Positions 17,470-27,781 of a DNA stretch of 64,000 bases are shown here, piece by piece (position 1 is the first letter of the stretch; each line of letters begins with the position of its first letter). Origin of the DNA: a virus (Duplodnaviria; Caudoviricetes); the IMG/VR virus record IMGVR_UViG_3300009420_000006, positions 15,734-79,733 of that record; one strand, 5' to 3'. The position numbers were made by a program, and so were the translations under genes. The notes beneath the pieces were generated by a model. The model was not told the DNA's origin, did no database searches, and saw only the letters and a program-made list of their open reading frames with translations.

Positions 17470-18717
17470 ATGGCTGAAAATCAAGGACTTCTTAATGAGT
17501 TAAAATCATTATTAAAGCGAAAAAGAAGCAAACAGTGGTACGCAGAACAACTGAAAATAACACTGTCTGAAGTAAATGAATTATTAAAAGAGATGAGGGG
17601 GAAGAATGTAGATGAAGGAGAGCAGTTTTTAGACAGTGAACCAACTCATAGTAAAGAATTTGAGCAGGCATTGCGGAAAGTAAGTAACGATAAAGGAACA
17701 ATAGAAAGTACAATAACTCTTGACTTTGAACCAAAGAGTGATATAGAGTTAGCAGAGTTACACAAGATAGATCTAGAAAAGTATATAATTACTAACTACT
17801 GGTCTAAAGTACTTCCAACTGGAAAGTTTACATCTTCAATCTTTTCTAAAAGAAAAGGTCCAGAAGATTACACAGCTGATGATTTCAGCAAGTTCTTAGA
17901 GAACTATAAATCAAACTACATTCCTATCTCTTCTCCTAAACTAGATAATGATAAATCTCTTGTAGATATTGAACTATCTTTATCTGATTACCATTTAGGT
18001 AAACGATATGTTGATGGAGATAATGATCCAGAGACCAGAGCTACAAGGTTTGTACATATAGCAGAAGCTTTAACACATAAAGTTAGATCTGTTTACGATA
18101 TAAATAAAGTAGTGTTTCCTATATCTAATGATTTCTTTCATACTGATAATTATCAAAACACTACAACTAACGGTACTCCACAAGATATAATCTTAGATTA
18201 TGCTTCAGAGTATGAAATGGGATTTAATATTCTAGTAGATACTATTAAGATGCTTAAGACTAACTCTAAGCATGTTGAAGTTATTCTAGTACAAGGTAAT
18301 CATGATAGAACTAAATCATATTATTTAGCTCATGCGTTAGATATATTCTTTAAGAATGATAAAAATATATCATTTGTTAGAGAGGAAGGATTAATTAAAG
18401 CTACTGTAGTTGGTAGTACTTTTATTGGTTTCCATCATGGTAACTGTAAAATTGATGCTTTGCCTTTATTATTTGCAACACATCCTGTTTATAGTAAATG
18501 GTTTGGAGATGCTACATATAGAGAAGTTCACACAGGTGATAAGCATCACTATATGGCTAAAGAGATAAAAGGAGTAAGAATACAACAAATGCCTAGCTTA
18601 TCTGGAACAGATAGATGGCATAAAGATAATAATTTTGTACATAGTGTACGAGCTGCCTTAGCGTTAGTCTATGACTTTAAAGTAGGAAAGGTAGCTGAAT
18701 TTGAAGAAAGAATATAG
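17470..18717 (+). CDS. Calcineurin-like metallophosphoesterase with a possible N-terminal HTH
   Basis: Motifs SDYH, NDFFH, GNHD, HHG and HTGDKHH. The N-terminal KQWYAEQLKITLSEV is HTH-like. Confidence 0.8.
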   Translation: MAENQGLLNELKSLLKRKRSKQWYAEQLKITLSEVNELLKEMRGKNVDEGEQFLDSEPTHSKEFEQALRKVSNDKGTIESTITLDFEPKSDIELAELHKIDLEKYIITNYWSKVLPTGKFTSSIFSKRKGPEDYTADDFSKFLENYKSNYIPISSPKLDNDKSLVDIELSLSDYHLGKRYVDGDNDPETRATRFVHIAEALTHKVRSVYDINKVVFPISNDFFHTDNYQNTTTNGTPQDIILDYASEYEMGFNILVDTIKMLKTNSKHVEVILVQGNHDRTKSYYLAHALDIFFKNDKNISFVREEGLIKATVVGSTFIGFHHGNCKIDALPLLFATHPVYSKWFGDATYREVHTGDKHHYMAKEIKGVRIQQMPSLSGTDRWHKDNNFVHSVRAALALVYDFKVGKVAEFEERI

Positions 18718-18719
18718 AT

Positions 18720-18866
18720 ATGGCAACAAAGTATGGAAAGCCTACACCAGGCAAAAATGTAAAAGCTCCTAAGATTCGTCCTTATAATATGAAGCGTAAT
18801 TATATGAGAGAAGCTGATCAAATGGGAGGTATACAAGGATTCGGTAATTACAGAAAGAAAATATAA
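18720..18866 (+). CDS. 48-aa basic microprotein (not in the ORF track)
   Basis: MATKYGKPTPGKNVKAPKIRPYNMKRNYMREADQMGGIQGFGNYRKKI, with only 2 nt and 1 nt spacers to its neighbours. Confidence 0.65.
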   Translation: MATKYGKPTPGKNVKAPKIRPYNMKRNYMREADQMGGIQGFGNYRKKI

Positions 18867-18867
18867 A

Positions 18868-19596
18868 ATGGCAACATTAAGAAAATTAGTTTCAGATGTG
18901 CGATCTATGCACAAAATATTATCAACAGATGCACTTATCACAGATCGAGCAATCGCTTCTGAGGTTAAGAACAATGCTCAATTGCTAATTAAGAGAGAAA
19001 CTAATTTAAGAAAACTATGGGCTAGTGATACATTGTTTACTACTATTCCTTGTTTAGAGATGAAGGAAGTACCCATCTCTGAATGTTGTGATTATGTAGA
19101 TGAGTGTAGTGTATCACGAACTGTATTTAAGCTACCTAGGATATCTGAAGGTAACTATCAATATGTAATCCAAGGTGTTTATTCTATAGATGCTATGGGT
19201 GGTAGAGGTACTAAATTAAAAGAAATAACAATCAATAGATATATTAACCTATTAAAATTACCTATAGTAAAAAATGATTATTACTTTTGGATATCTAATG
19301 GATATCTTTATGTAAATAATCCTTTATTAAAAGCAATAAGGTTAGCAGCATTCTTTTTAGAAGATGTACCTAACGAGATCATGTATCCAGAATGTGGATG
19401 TGGAAGTCCTGAATATACAGATGAAGAGTATTGTAAAAATCCTTTAGATAAGGAATATGCATTACCTGGTTATTTAGAACAACAAGCATTATCATTAACT
19501 TCTCAAAAGTTATTGTCAACATATTTCCAAATTAAGGATGACATGAGTAATGAAGGCATAGATGGACAAGCTCCAAATGCTCAACCTACAAACTAG
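18868..19596 (+). CDS. Tail ring protein
   Basis: 242 aa with TIPCLEM...CC, LPRI and YFWISNGYLYV, preceding the IHF-like and tail-tube genes as in crAss-like phages. Confidence 0.6.
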   Translation: MATLRKLVSDVRSMHKILSTDALITDRAIASEVKNNAQLLIKRETNLRKLWASDTLFTTIPCLEMKEVPISECCDYVDECSVSRTVFKLPRISEGNYQYVIQGVYSIDAMGGRGTKLKEITINRYINLLKLPIVKNDYYFWISNGYLYVNNPLLKAIRLAAFFLEDVPNEIMYPECGCGSPEYTDEEYCKNPLDKEYALPGYLEQQALSLTSQKLLSTYFQIKDDMSNEGIDGQAPNAQPTN

Positions 19597-19604
19597 AACT
19601 ATAT

Positions 19605-20084
19605 ATGTCAAGAGTAGCAGTTGACTGGAGAAGTGCAAGTAAAAGTAATTACGAGGACTTCTGTAAAAAGAACCCTTTAATCTCCTTAACTTTTGATGAG
19701 TGGAAAAATATTCTATATGCTTTCAATGAATCTTTTAAATACTACATCCTAGAGACAGGTGAAAAAGAAAAGTTACCTACTGGGTTTGGAGAGTTTTCTA
19801 TTAATAAAAAGAAAAGAAGAAAAGTTAAAGGAGTTGATGGTAAGGAGTTTGTAAATCTTCCTATTGATTGGCAAAAGACTAAACAAAAGGGGAAAGTTAT
19901 ATATAACTTTAATTACCATACAGAAGGATATTTCTTTGGTTGGATGTGGTTTAAACAAACTGCTAGATTTAGAAACTCTGATCTATGGTATTTTAAACCT
20001 TCTAGAAGAACTTCAAGAGATCTTTCTCACTATCTAAAGGCAGACAACAAGTATCAACACACATATCATGAATGGAAAAAATAA
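19605..20084 (+). CDS. IHF/HU-like DNA-binding protein
   Basis: Basic 159 aa with HU-like GEKEKLPTGFGEFSINKKK; matches the position of the crAss IHF-like gene. Confidence 0.6.
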   Translation: MSRVAVDWRSASKSNYEDFCKKNPLISLTFDEWKNILYAFNESFKYYILETGEKEKLPTGFGEFSINKKKRRKVKGVDGKEFVNLPIDWQKTKQKGKVIYNFNYHTEGYFFGWMWFKQTARFRNSDLWYFKPSRRTSRDLSHYLKADNKYQHTYHEWKK

Positions 20085-20087
20085 GTT

Positions 20088-21092
20088 ATGTCATACTATT
20101 ATAAATACGATTTTGTATCCCCAGAGCCTCTATATGCAACAGTAAAAGAAGAACTTAAAAGTTACTTTGACACTGGAGCTGTAGATGATTTATTATTTCC
20201 TACCTACCTAGACAAATGTCTTAGGAAGATGGGTAGGACTACATTTCAAATTACTACTGAGATTTTGTTTATAGAAGACTTTCAAGCAAGACTTCCTGAT
20301 AACTTTTATGCAGTAAGAGAAGCATGGATGTGTGCAGTAGTACAAGGAAATCCTTATCCTGCAGCATCTTCTTTATATACTCAAGCAGTTAATGCTACTA
20401 CTATTCAAGTAGCTCCTTTAACAATAGGAGGAACTCCTTGTGATAATCCTTCATGTCAACATCCTAGTTGTGATGGTACGTGTATGCCTACAGTAGTACA
20501 GGCTGTATACAAAACAAATAGTGAAATTCCTAGATCCTGGAGAAGGTCTTACTTATTAAAACCAGGAAATATATCTGCACGTAAAAGTTGTAATTTATCC
20601 TATACTAATTCGTGGTCACAATTTAATCAATTAACTTTAGCAGGTCGTGAGTTTACACCTGGTGCTTCTTCCTTTGACTCTTTTGATATCAGAGATAATA
20701 ACTTTGTAACAAACTTTAGATCCGGAACAGTACATCTAGTATTTTATGCAACAGATTATGATAAAATAGGCAATCAATTAATACCTGATAACTTTCGTGT
20801 TAGAGAATATATTGAAGCATTTATTAAATTCAAAGTATTTGAAACTCTTACAAACCAAACAGTAGACGAAACATTTAATCAATTACAAACTAAACTCATT
20901 TATCATAAACAGATAATGGATGAAGCTTGGATAATGGCAGAAACAGAACTTAAAAAAGAAACAGTTTATCAAAAGCAAAGAAAAATTATTACTGACTTAA
21001 ATCGCTTCAACCAATATGAACTTCCAGATGCAAAATCTCAAGTATCAGGTAGGTATTCAAATAGACGTTGGAGACGTAATGGTTCTAATTAA
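20088..21092 (+). CDS. Tail tubular protein (first ring)
   Basis: 334 aa immediately upstream of the muzzle gene, the conserved Ttub-Tstab order. Confidence 0.65.
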   Translation: MSYYYKYDFVSPEPLYATVKEELKSYFDTGAVDDLLFPTYLDKCLRKMGRTTFQITTEILFIEDFQARLPDNFYAVREAWMCAVVQGNPYPAASSLYTQAVNATTIQVAPLTIGGTPCDNPSCQHPSCDGTCMPTVVQAVYKTNSEIPRSWRRSYLLKPGNISARKSCNLSYTNSWSQFNQLTLAGREFTPGASSFDSFDIRDNNFVTNFRSGTVHLVFYATDYDKIGNQLIPDNFRVREYIEAFIKFKVFETLTNQTVDETFNQLQTKLIYHKQIMDEAWIMAETELKKETVYQKQRKIITDLNRFNQYELPDAKSQVSGRYSNRRWRRNGSN

Positions 21093-21097
21093 TACAT

Positions 21098-24000
21098 ATG
21101 GCTACTAGAAAAGAAAATGATGATGCTGCTTCAGGTTTAGCTGCTGCTAAAAAGAAAGCTGCAAGTGCTAAACAGATGGATGCTGCTCAAAAAGGTCAAG
21201 TTAGACTTGAATATGGGCAAGCTCAATCTGGCCTTAATATGGACAGTACTATTAATCAAGTACAACCAGGAAAACTTACTTATGCATTAAATGCTACTAT
21301 AGAAAACTTTGATTCTAGTTCTATTAATTATCAGAATGAACCTGGGAATGAGCCATGTTTAACATTTCCTAGTGGTTATGAACTAGTAGGAAAGTATACT
21401 ATACCTGAGAAAAAGAAAAATATATTCTTCTTAACAAATCCTACAACTGGTAATAGTGAGATTGGCTTTCAGTTTAATAATGATTGTCAATACCAGCAGT
21501 TAGTAGCTGCCCCATGTCTAAACTTTAACATTGATCATCCTATTCATAAGGTAGTCCACAGGATAACAAACTGTAGTACAGAAATATACTGGACTGACGG
21601 ATTAAACCCTAGAAGATATTTAGATATAGATGATCCTCCCTTCAAACTTATAGCTGGTACTCCCACTTGCGATCCTGTATATAGTAACGATTTAGATTGT
21701 AATCAACTAAAGATTCAACCTAACTTTGATATTCCTCAATTACAAATACCTGAAGTAATTAACTTAGGTACTTTAACTGCAGGAACTTATCAGTTTGCAA
21801 TTCAATATTCAGATTCAGTTGGTAATGATTTAACTTCTTATTATTCTGTTACTAATCCTTGTCCTATTGCTGATAAATTAATAACATCAGTAAACTTTAA
21901 TTACCCTGTAGGAAAATCTATAAGAGTAGCTGTATCTAATTTAGATCAAACTGGACAGTTTCAGTATTTTAATTTAGCTGTAATTAAAACGATAAATGAT
22001 ATTAGTTCAGTAGAGCTGGTTGGTACTTATAATATAACAGAACCTGCACAAGAAATATTGTATACAGGAGCAGATGCAAGCCCTATACAATTATCTATGA
22101 GTGATATATTTGAGAAGTATCCATACTATAGTATTGCACAAGATGTAACATCTGTACAAGATACTTTAATATGGAGTAATCTTACATCTATAGATAGAAT
22201 CAATTATCAACAGATAGCTTCTAATATTACACTACAGTGGGAGTCTTATAGAATACCTGCTGGAGAAAACTATTCAGATGAATATAATGCTACTAATTTA
22301 CGTGGATACATGCGTGATGAGATATATGCATTTGAAATAGTGTTCCTTTTAAGAAATGGAAAACAAACAGATTCATTTCATATACCAGGTGCTGGTTATA
22401 ACAATGTTTTTGCTGATGTACCAGAAACCAATGATGACTTTATAGGAGTTCCGGATACTTATATAAACGGTATAGGATATAGTCCTTACTGGAAAATATA
22501 TAATAATGCTACAAACCTAGGATTTTCAGATGGATATGTATCAGATAATAACTACAAAGGACCTTATCAGTTTGGAGAGTTTGCATACTGGGAGTCTACT
22601 GAAAAGTATCCTTGTAACACAGATGTGTGGGGTAATTTAGCAGATGAATATATTAGACATCATAAGTTTCCAGATGTATTAGTAAGTCCTATCATGGAAA
22701 ATGGTAATATAATATATGATAATGAAGGTCAGATTTTACCTACAATGCAAGATAATGCTGTATTTCCTATTGGTGTAAAAATAGATAATGATCAGATAGC
22801 TAATCTTATAATAAGTTCAGATCTTACTCAAGATCAAAAAGATGATATCATTGGGTATAAAATTGTTAGAGGTGACCGTAGTACTAATAAATCTGTAATT
22901 GCAAAAGGTTTAATAAGAAATGTAAACAAGTACAATAAACAAGATCAAGATTATTATTACCCTAACTATCCATATAATCAAGTTGTGGGAGAGGATCAGT
23001 TTATTCAAGAAAACAACAACGCATGGACTGACAATGCTAAGTCATGGCTTATATATATGCCAGATGAGGATCCACAGTTTCCTTGGTGGGTAGACTTTTT
23101 TGATATACCACCTCCCATTATTGATACTAATAAAGATGATGAAGGAATATATGCATATACTAGTTTAACTAATGGTAGAGAGGTTCAAGCAATTATAAAG
23201 GTTGGATGCGTTATAGAAGTGTGTTCTCCTACAAGACCAATAGCTTTAAAAGGTATTATGACTATAGGTCCTGGAGATTATGATGTGTGGGACTGTGATA
23301 GTAGTGGAGCCGAGCTTGCATGTGGTTGGAGATTAAATTGGTACAACCCTTTTAATAGACAGAACTTAGACCAAGATATACAGAGAGCACAATGGATGGG
23401 TGCTGGTGCAATTGTTGGTGGTACGTTTGGTACTGTAATTACTCAAGCATGGGAAGGAGACCCAGATCTTCTAAATACTTCTGACAATCCGTATAAACCT
23501 TGGCCAACGAACAAAGGAACATTCCTTGGTATTCCTTGTACACAAGTTACAATTGACCCTCAACCTACTGATAAGGCTCTGTTTTCAGATCCAGAAGGTC
23601 AGGAGCTTGGAGAAGGAGAGAGTCAAGGGGAGGGTCCAGATTATATTGGTCCAATTCCAGATTATGATGGAGAAGAAGCCTTAGAATGTCTAGGAGAAAC
23701 AGGAGAGCCAGGTTTTGGATTTCCTCACTTTCCAACTCCTCCACTTAATCCTGATGAACCAAGTAGTCAGGGTGTGGATACATTGCTAGGTCAGTCGATT
23801 GGTAGTGGAAGTGAAGGCTTTTTAAATGGTAGTAATAGTAGACCTTTTAGTAGAAGATCTGGTTTAGGATGTGATCGAGAATTTCCTATGCCTATTTTAG
23901 GAGAGGAAAAAGAGACAATAAAAAGTCAAATATTTAACTCACCAGATACATCATTTGGACAACCTTTCTTAGGAGACATAATGAAGTTAGAAAGTGTAAT

Positions 24001-27000
24001 GTTTGGAGCTGGTAAAGCTCACTTTGTAGAGGTAAAAGATAATGCTAAGTATAAACTGCTTTCTAAAGAAGCTCAACAAGATGCATTAAATAGTGCAGAA
24101 AGAGTAGCTAAAATGGGTGCTGGTGGATTTAATGCTGGTGTAATGTTTACAGTTTATCAGTCATATCTTACTATATATGTAAACGGTATTACTAGAAGAA
24201 ACTATGGTCAATCATTTAATTCTATAGCAAACTATGATTATTCTTTTCCTATTGAAAATAATGTTAGTGGTGGGATCAAACAAAGACAACTAGATACTTC
24301 TAGATATCTAATACCAGGAGTACAATCTATATATCCTAATGATCCTCCTGTGAATAATTGGAACAGAGAGTCATCAGTATATATAAAAACAAGAGAAGAT
24401 ATATCAAGTGTTAATCCAACTGCAGAACCATTTCTTCTTCCTCATAAAACACCTAGTTTAGAAAATACTAATGGTGATCCTAGTATTGTAGAATACTCAA
24501 GATTTGGAATAGGAGAGTCTGGAAGTTGTGCAAAGCCACAAAAAGAACAAGATATAAAAGTAGTCTCGTATTATGGTTCTATGAAAAATTTGATACCTAA
24601 TCAATATGGTCAAATAAATTCATTTTTAAGAATAGATACAGGCTATCAAAAAACTTTCGACATTACTCAATCTACTTCCTCACTTACAGGAACAGATACA
24701 ATTTTTGGAGGTGATACATTTATATCTAGATTTACATTTAAAACTAAACTACCATTCTTTATAGATAATAGAGTAGGAGCACCAAATGATTCAGACATAT
24801 TTTTTGATGAATTAGGTAATGTAGGTTATCCTAAGTTCTGGCACTCTGCTAGATCTATTTTAGATAACTATATAATAACCGAAGGGACTGGAGCTCCACA
24901 ACCTATGTATAACCTTATATCTACTAAGGCTCATAATTTTGATTGTGCAAATGATCCATCACAAATACCTGTTTCTACAGACAATCCTATATTTGGATCA
25001 TTTAGAACATTCTATGATGGGTACATGTATTTATGGGCTTATGGTGTCCCTAATTTTTATTGTGAAACTTTATATAATACAGATTTAAGACAAGCGTTCA
25101 ATAATAAAGAAGGAGACTTTTGGCCTCATGTAAGTAGTGGTATTCCTGATGATTGGGTACAAGAAACAAATGTACCTATCGCTCAAGATAATACATATTA
25201 CTATAATGTAACATACTCTAAGCAAAACAAGGAAAACTCATTTAGTCAACTTCCTCCAGACTGGGAAGAGGATTTATGTTTTACATACTTTCCATTTAGA
25301 GCAATTTATTCTGACACACAAGGAGATAGTGCAGATAATAGAGTAAACAACTGGTTAGTCTATAGAGCTCTTTCTCGTCATGACTTTCCACAGAATTATG
25401 GTAATCTTACATCACTTGATGGTGTAATGGATAGAGCTATTCTAGCAAGGTTTGATAATAAAGCTCTCCTTTATGGTTCACTTTTAACTATAGACACAAG
25501 TAATCCACAAGCAGCTTATATAGGTAATCCTAGATTATTTGATGCTGCACCACCTTTAGATTTTGCTGAAACTGATTTAGGGTATGTAGGTTCTCAAAAT
25601 AAGTTTTTGTTAAAGATACCATATGGTTCAATAACTGCAGATGCTAAGAGAGGTCAGATATTTCTAATAGGAGGTAAACAAGCTGTTGATATAACAGCAG
25701 CTGCATCAGGAGTAAATAGATTTATGACAAATCATTTACCATTTGAAATACTAGAATACTTTCCAAAGGTAAACATAGACAATCATTTTAATGGAATAGG
25801 ATTACATGGAGTATATGATAGTAGGTTTGATAGAGTTATAATTACCAAGCTTGATTATATTCCAATTGATGATAGGATTCAATATGATGCAGATACTAAA
25901 AAGTTTTTTATAGTAATAGGAGATGATCCTGCTACTCCTGATATTGAGAATATAACACAAGAGGTATTCTTGTTTGATAAAGAATACTTTTGTAGTAAAT
26001 CATGGACTATGTCTTTTGATTTTACTACTAAGAGTTGGATATCTTTTCACTCTTACCTACCTAATTTTTATATAGGAGAAAATAATTTCTATTACTCTGG
26101 CATAAATAGTTGCTGTACAGAGTTTACTGCGATATTAGATACTCCAGATAGAAGTAGAATAGATGAAGAAACCCCTCAACTAGAAATGATTGTAGGTGTT
26201 GTGCAAGCTCCAAAACTAATTACAACTAGTACAACAAGTACTTCTAGTCCTTTTATTACAACTACAACTAGTACGACTGTAGCACTTGATTGTGATTTTA
26301 ATATAGTACTATCAGAAGAATTAGATTGTGAGATAGATGGTGTAGGATACATAACAGTGCCTACTCCTACTACTACTACCATATGTTATAGAGAAGGAAG
26401 TTTGCAAAATGTATCTTTATCTGAAGGATATGAAAGACAAAGTGATCAACAAGTAGTTATTGGTACAGGCTCTGCAATAGAAGCATGTTCAGTAGCACGT
26501 ATAGTTGACACTGCAAATACAGAACTTAGTGCTGTTCCTATAGAACAAGCTGCACAGATTACTACTTTTAATAACGGTATTAGTTTACTTTCCCAGTATG
26601 TATACAGAGGTATTGCTACTGATTGTACATATGTATCTGATGGTTGGTATACAACTTCTGAAGAGTTTAATAATAATAATAGTGTATTTTACATAGAGTC
26701 TGGACAAGTTATGGAAATATATGATTGTGGATGTAACACAACTAGTACAACAAGTACTATTGCACCTTACATACCTGAATGTTGTGTAGTTCTTGGTGTA
26801 GAAAATATAAGTCAATCAGAAAATAATCTATACTTATTAAGTGATGGAACTGATGCTAATCCTATTCCAGAAAATAGTCAAATTCCTAGAAAAGTTAAAT
26901 TAGATTGGAATCCAACAGAGAATGTAGACTCAACAGCATGGTCAGAAAGTTATTTATTTACATACACTAGTAGTACTCCTGAATTTAATATATATACTAT

Positions 27001-27781
27001 AGACCTAAGTCCATGGAAAGTAGAGAGTAGTCAAATGATACTTGCTCCTAGTGGAACAAGTGGACCTATGATAGCTAAAAATGACACTACTTTAATTACA
27101 GCAAATACCAATGGTTATGTTACAGAAATAACATTTGATTACACTGCTTCACCTTCAACCGCTACTCCTAGTAATAAGTTTTTACTACCAGCAGCACACA
27201 CGTTCTCTACAGATTTTATATTTGTAAATGGAGATGTTCCAAAATTAATTACTGTAGGGTATGATAACTCTGCACCTAGTGATGCTATCTTATTTGAATT
27301 TAATTATAACACTGGAAGTATAAACTTACAAGTTACTTACACTGGTAAAACAGTAAGAAATGTAGTATATTGTGATTGTAATATATATCTAGTCTGTGAT
27401 GGAGTTACTAATCCAACTGATATATTTATTGTAGAATCTGTATCTCCATATAGTTTAATTGGTATACTAGATGATCCAATTTCTAATTATGACAATATAA
27501 CATTGGTTAATCAACTATCACAATGTATGATAAAAGGAATAGAGAATACAACTACTAGCACAACTACAGTAGCTCCAACTACTACTACTACATCTACATC
27601 AGCTGCTCCAGGAGTTTGTAATGAGTATGAAATAGTAGGACCTAGAGCTTTAATATATACAGATTGCTTTGGACAACAAGCTAGTATATCTGTACCTACT
27701 GGAGATACAGAAACAGTATGTGCTGTAACAATTACAACTGGATCTGGAGTAACATTAATAGGACCTTGTACAGTATCATGA
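21098..27781 (+). CDS. Tail stabilisation / muzzle protein, N-terminal part, extended with Thr-linked domains
   Basis: Motifs GLNMD..YALNA, IYWTDG.NP.RY, GYMRDEIYAF, FGGDTFI, DAKRG and SWTMSF...WISFHSY, followed by Thr tracts and extra domains. Confidence 0.8.
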   Translation: MATRKENDDAASGLAAAKKKAASAKQMDAAQKGQVRLEYGQAQSGLNMDSTINQVQPGKLTYALNATIENFDSSSINYQNEPGNEPCLTFPSGYELVGKYTIPEKKKNIFFLTNPTTGNSEIGFQFNNDCQYQQLVAAPCLNFNIDHPIHKVVHRITNCSTEIYWTDGLNPRRYLDIDDPPFKLIAGTPTCDPVYSNDLDCNQLKIQPNFDIPQLQIPEVINLGTLTAGTYQFAIQYSDSVGNDLTSYYSVTNPCPIADKLITSVNFNYPVGKSIRVAVSNLDQTGQFQYFNLAVIKTINDISSVELVGTYNITEPAQEILYTGADASPIQLSMSDIFEKYPYYSIAQDVTSVQDTLIWSNLTSIDRINYQQIASNITLQWESYRIPAGENYSDEYNATNLRGYMRDEIYAFEIVFLLRNGKQTDSFHIPGAGYNNVFADVPETNDDFIGVPDTYINGIGYSPYWKIYNNATNLGFSDGYVSDNNYKGPYQFGEFAYWESTEKYPCNTDVWGNLADEYIRHHKFPDVLVSPIMENGNIIYDNEGQILPTMQDNAVFPIGVKIDNDQIANLIISSDLTQDQKDDIIGYKIVRGDRSTNKSVIAKGLIRNVNKYNKQDQDYYYPNYPYNQVVGEDQFIQENNNAWTDNAKSWLIYMPDEDPQFPWWVDFFDIPPPIIDTNKDDEGIYAYTSLTNGREVQAIIKVGCVIEVCSPTRPIALKGIMTIGPGDYDVWDCDSSGAELACGWRLNWYNPFNRQNLDQDIQRAQWMGAGAIVGGTFGTVITQAWEGDPDLLNTSDNPYKPWPTNKGTFLGIPCTQVTIDPQPTDKALFSDPEGQELGEGESQGEGPDYIGPIPDYDGEEALECLGETGEPGFGFPHFPTPPLNPDEPSSQGVDTLLGQSIGSGSEGFLNGSNSRPFSRRSGLGCDREFPMPILGEEKETIKSQIFNSPDTSFGQPFLGDIMKLESVMFGAGKAHFVEVKDNAKYKLLSKEAQQDALNSAERVAKMGAGGFNAGVMFTVYQSYLTIYVNGITRRNYGQSFNSIANYDYSFPIENNVSGGIKQRQLDTSRYLIPGVQSIYPNDPPVNNWNRESSVYIKTREDISSVNPTAEPFLLPHKTPSLENTNGDPSIVEYSRFGIGESGSCAKPQKEQDIKVVSYYGSMKNLIPNQYGQINSFLRIDTGYQKTFDITQSTSSLTGTDTIFGGDTFISRFTFKTKLPFFIDNRVGAPNDSDIFFDELGNVGYPKFWHSARSILDNYIITEGTGAPQPMYNLISTKAHNFDCANDPSQIPVSTDNPIFGSFRTFYDGYMYLWAYGVPNFYCETLYNTDLRQAFNNKEGDFWPHVSSGIPDDWVQETNVPIAQDNTYYYNVTYSKQNKENSFSQLPPDWEEDLCFTYFPFRAIYSDTQGDSADNRVNNWLVYRALSRHDFPQNYGNLTSLDGVMDRAILARFDNKALLYGSLLTIDTSNPQAAYIGNPRLFDAAPPLDFAETDLGYVGSQNKFLLKIPYGSITADAKRGQIFLIGGKQAVDITAAASGVNRFMTNHLPFEILEYFPKVNIDNHFNGIGLHGVYDSRFDRVIITKLDYIPIDDRIQYDADTKKFFIVIGDDPATPDIENITQEVFLFDKEYFCSKSWTMSFDFTTKSWISFHSYLPNFYIGENNFYYSGINSCCTEFTAILDTPDRSRIDEETPQLEMIVGVVQAPKLITTSTTSTSSPFITTTTSTTVALDCDFNIVLSEELDCEIDGVGYITVPTPTTTTICYREGSLQNVSLSEGYERQSDQQVVIGTGSAIEACSVARIVDTANTELSAVPIEQAAQITTFNNGISLLSQYVYRGIATDCTYVSDGWYTTSEEFNNNNSVFYIESGQVMEIYDCGCNTTSTTSTIAPYIPECCVVLGVENISQSENNLYLLSDGTDANPIPENSQIPRKVKLDWNPTENVDSTAWSESYLFTYTSSTPEFNIYTIDLSPWKVESSQMILAPSGTSGPMIAKNDTTLITANTNGYVTEITFDYTASPSTATPSNKFLLPAAHTFSTDFIFVNGDVPKLITVGYDNSAPSDAILFEFNYNTGSINLQVTYTGKTVRNVVYCDCNIYLVCDGVTNPTDIFIVESVSPYSLIGILDDPISNYDNITLVNQLSQCMIKGIENTTTSTTTVAPTTTTTSTSAAPGVCNEYEIVGPRALIYTDCFGQQASISVPTGDTETVCAVTITTGSGVTLIGPCTVS

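Noticed and set aside
7931-26382. Minus-strand poly-Val ORFs (7931, 11914, 14991, 26176) and the + frame ORF at 12114
   Set aside because: They are antisense or alternate-frame shadows of the poly-Thr tracts.
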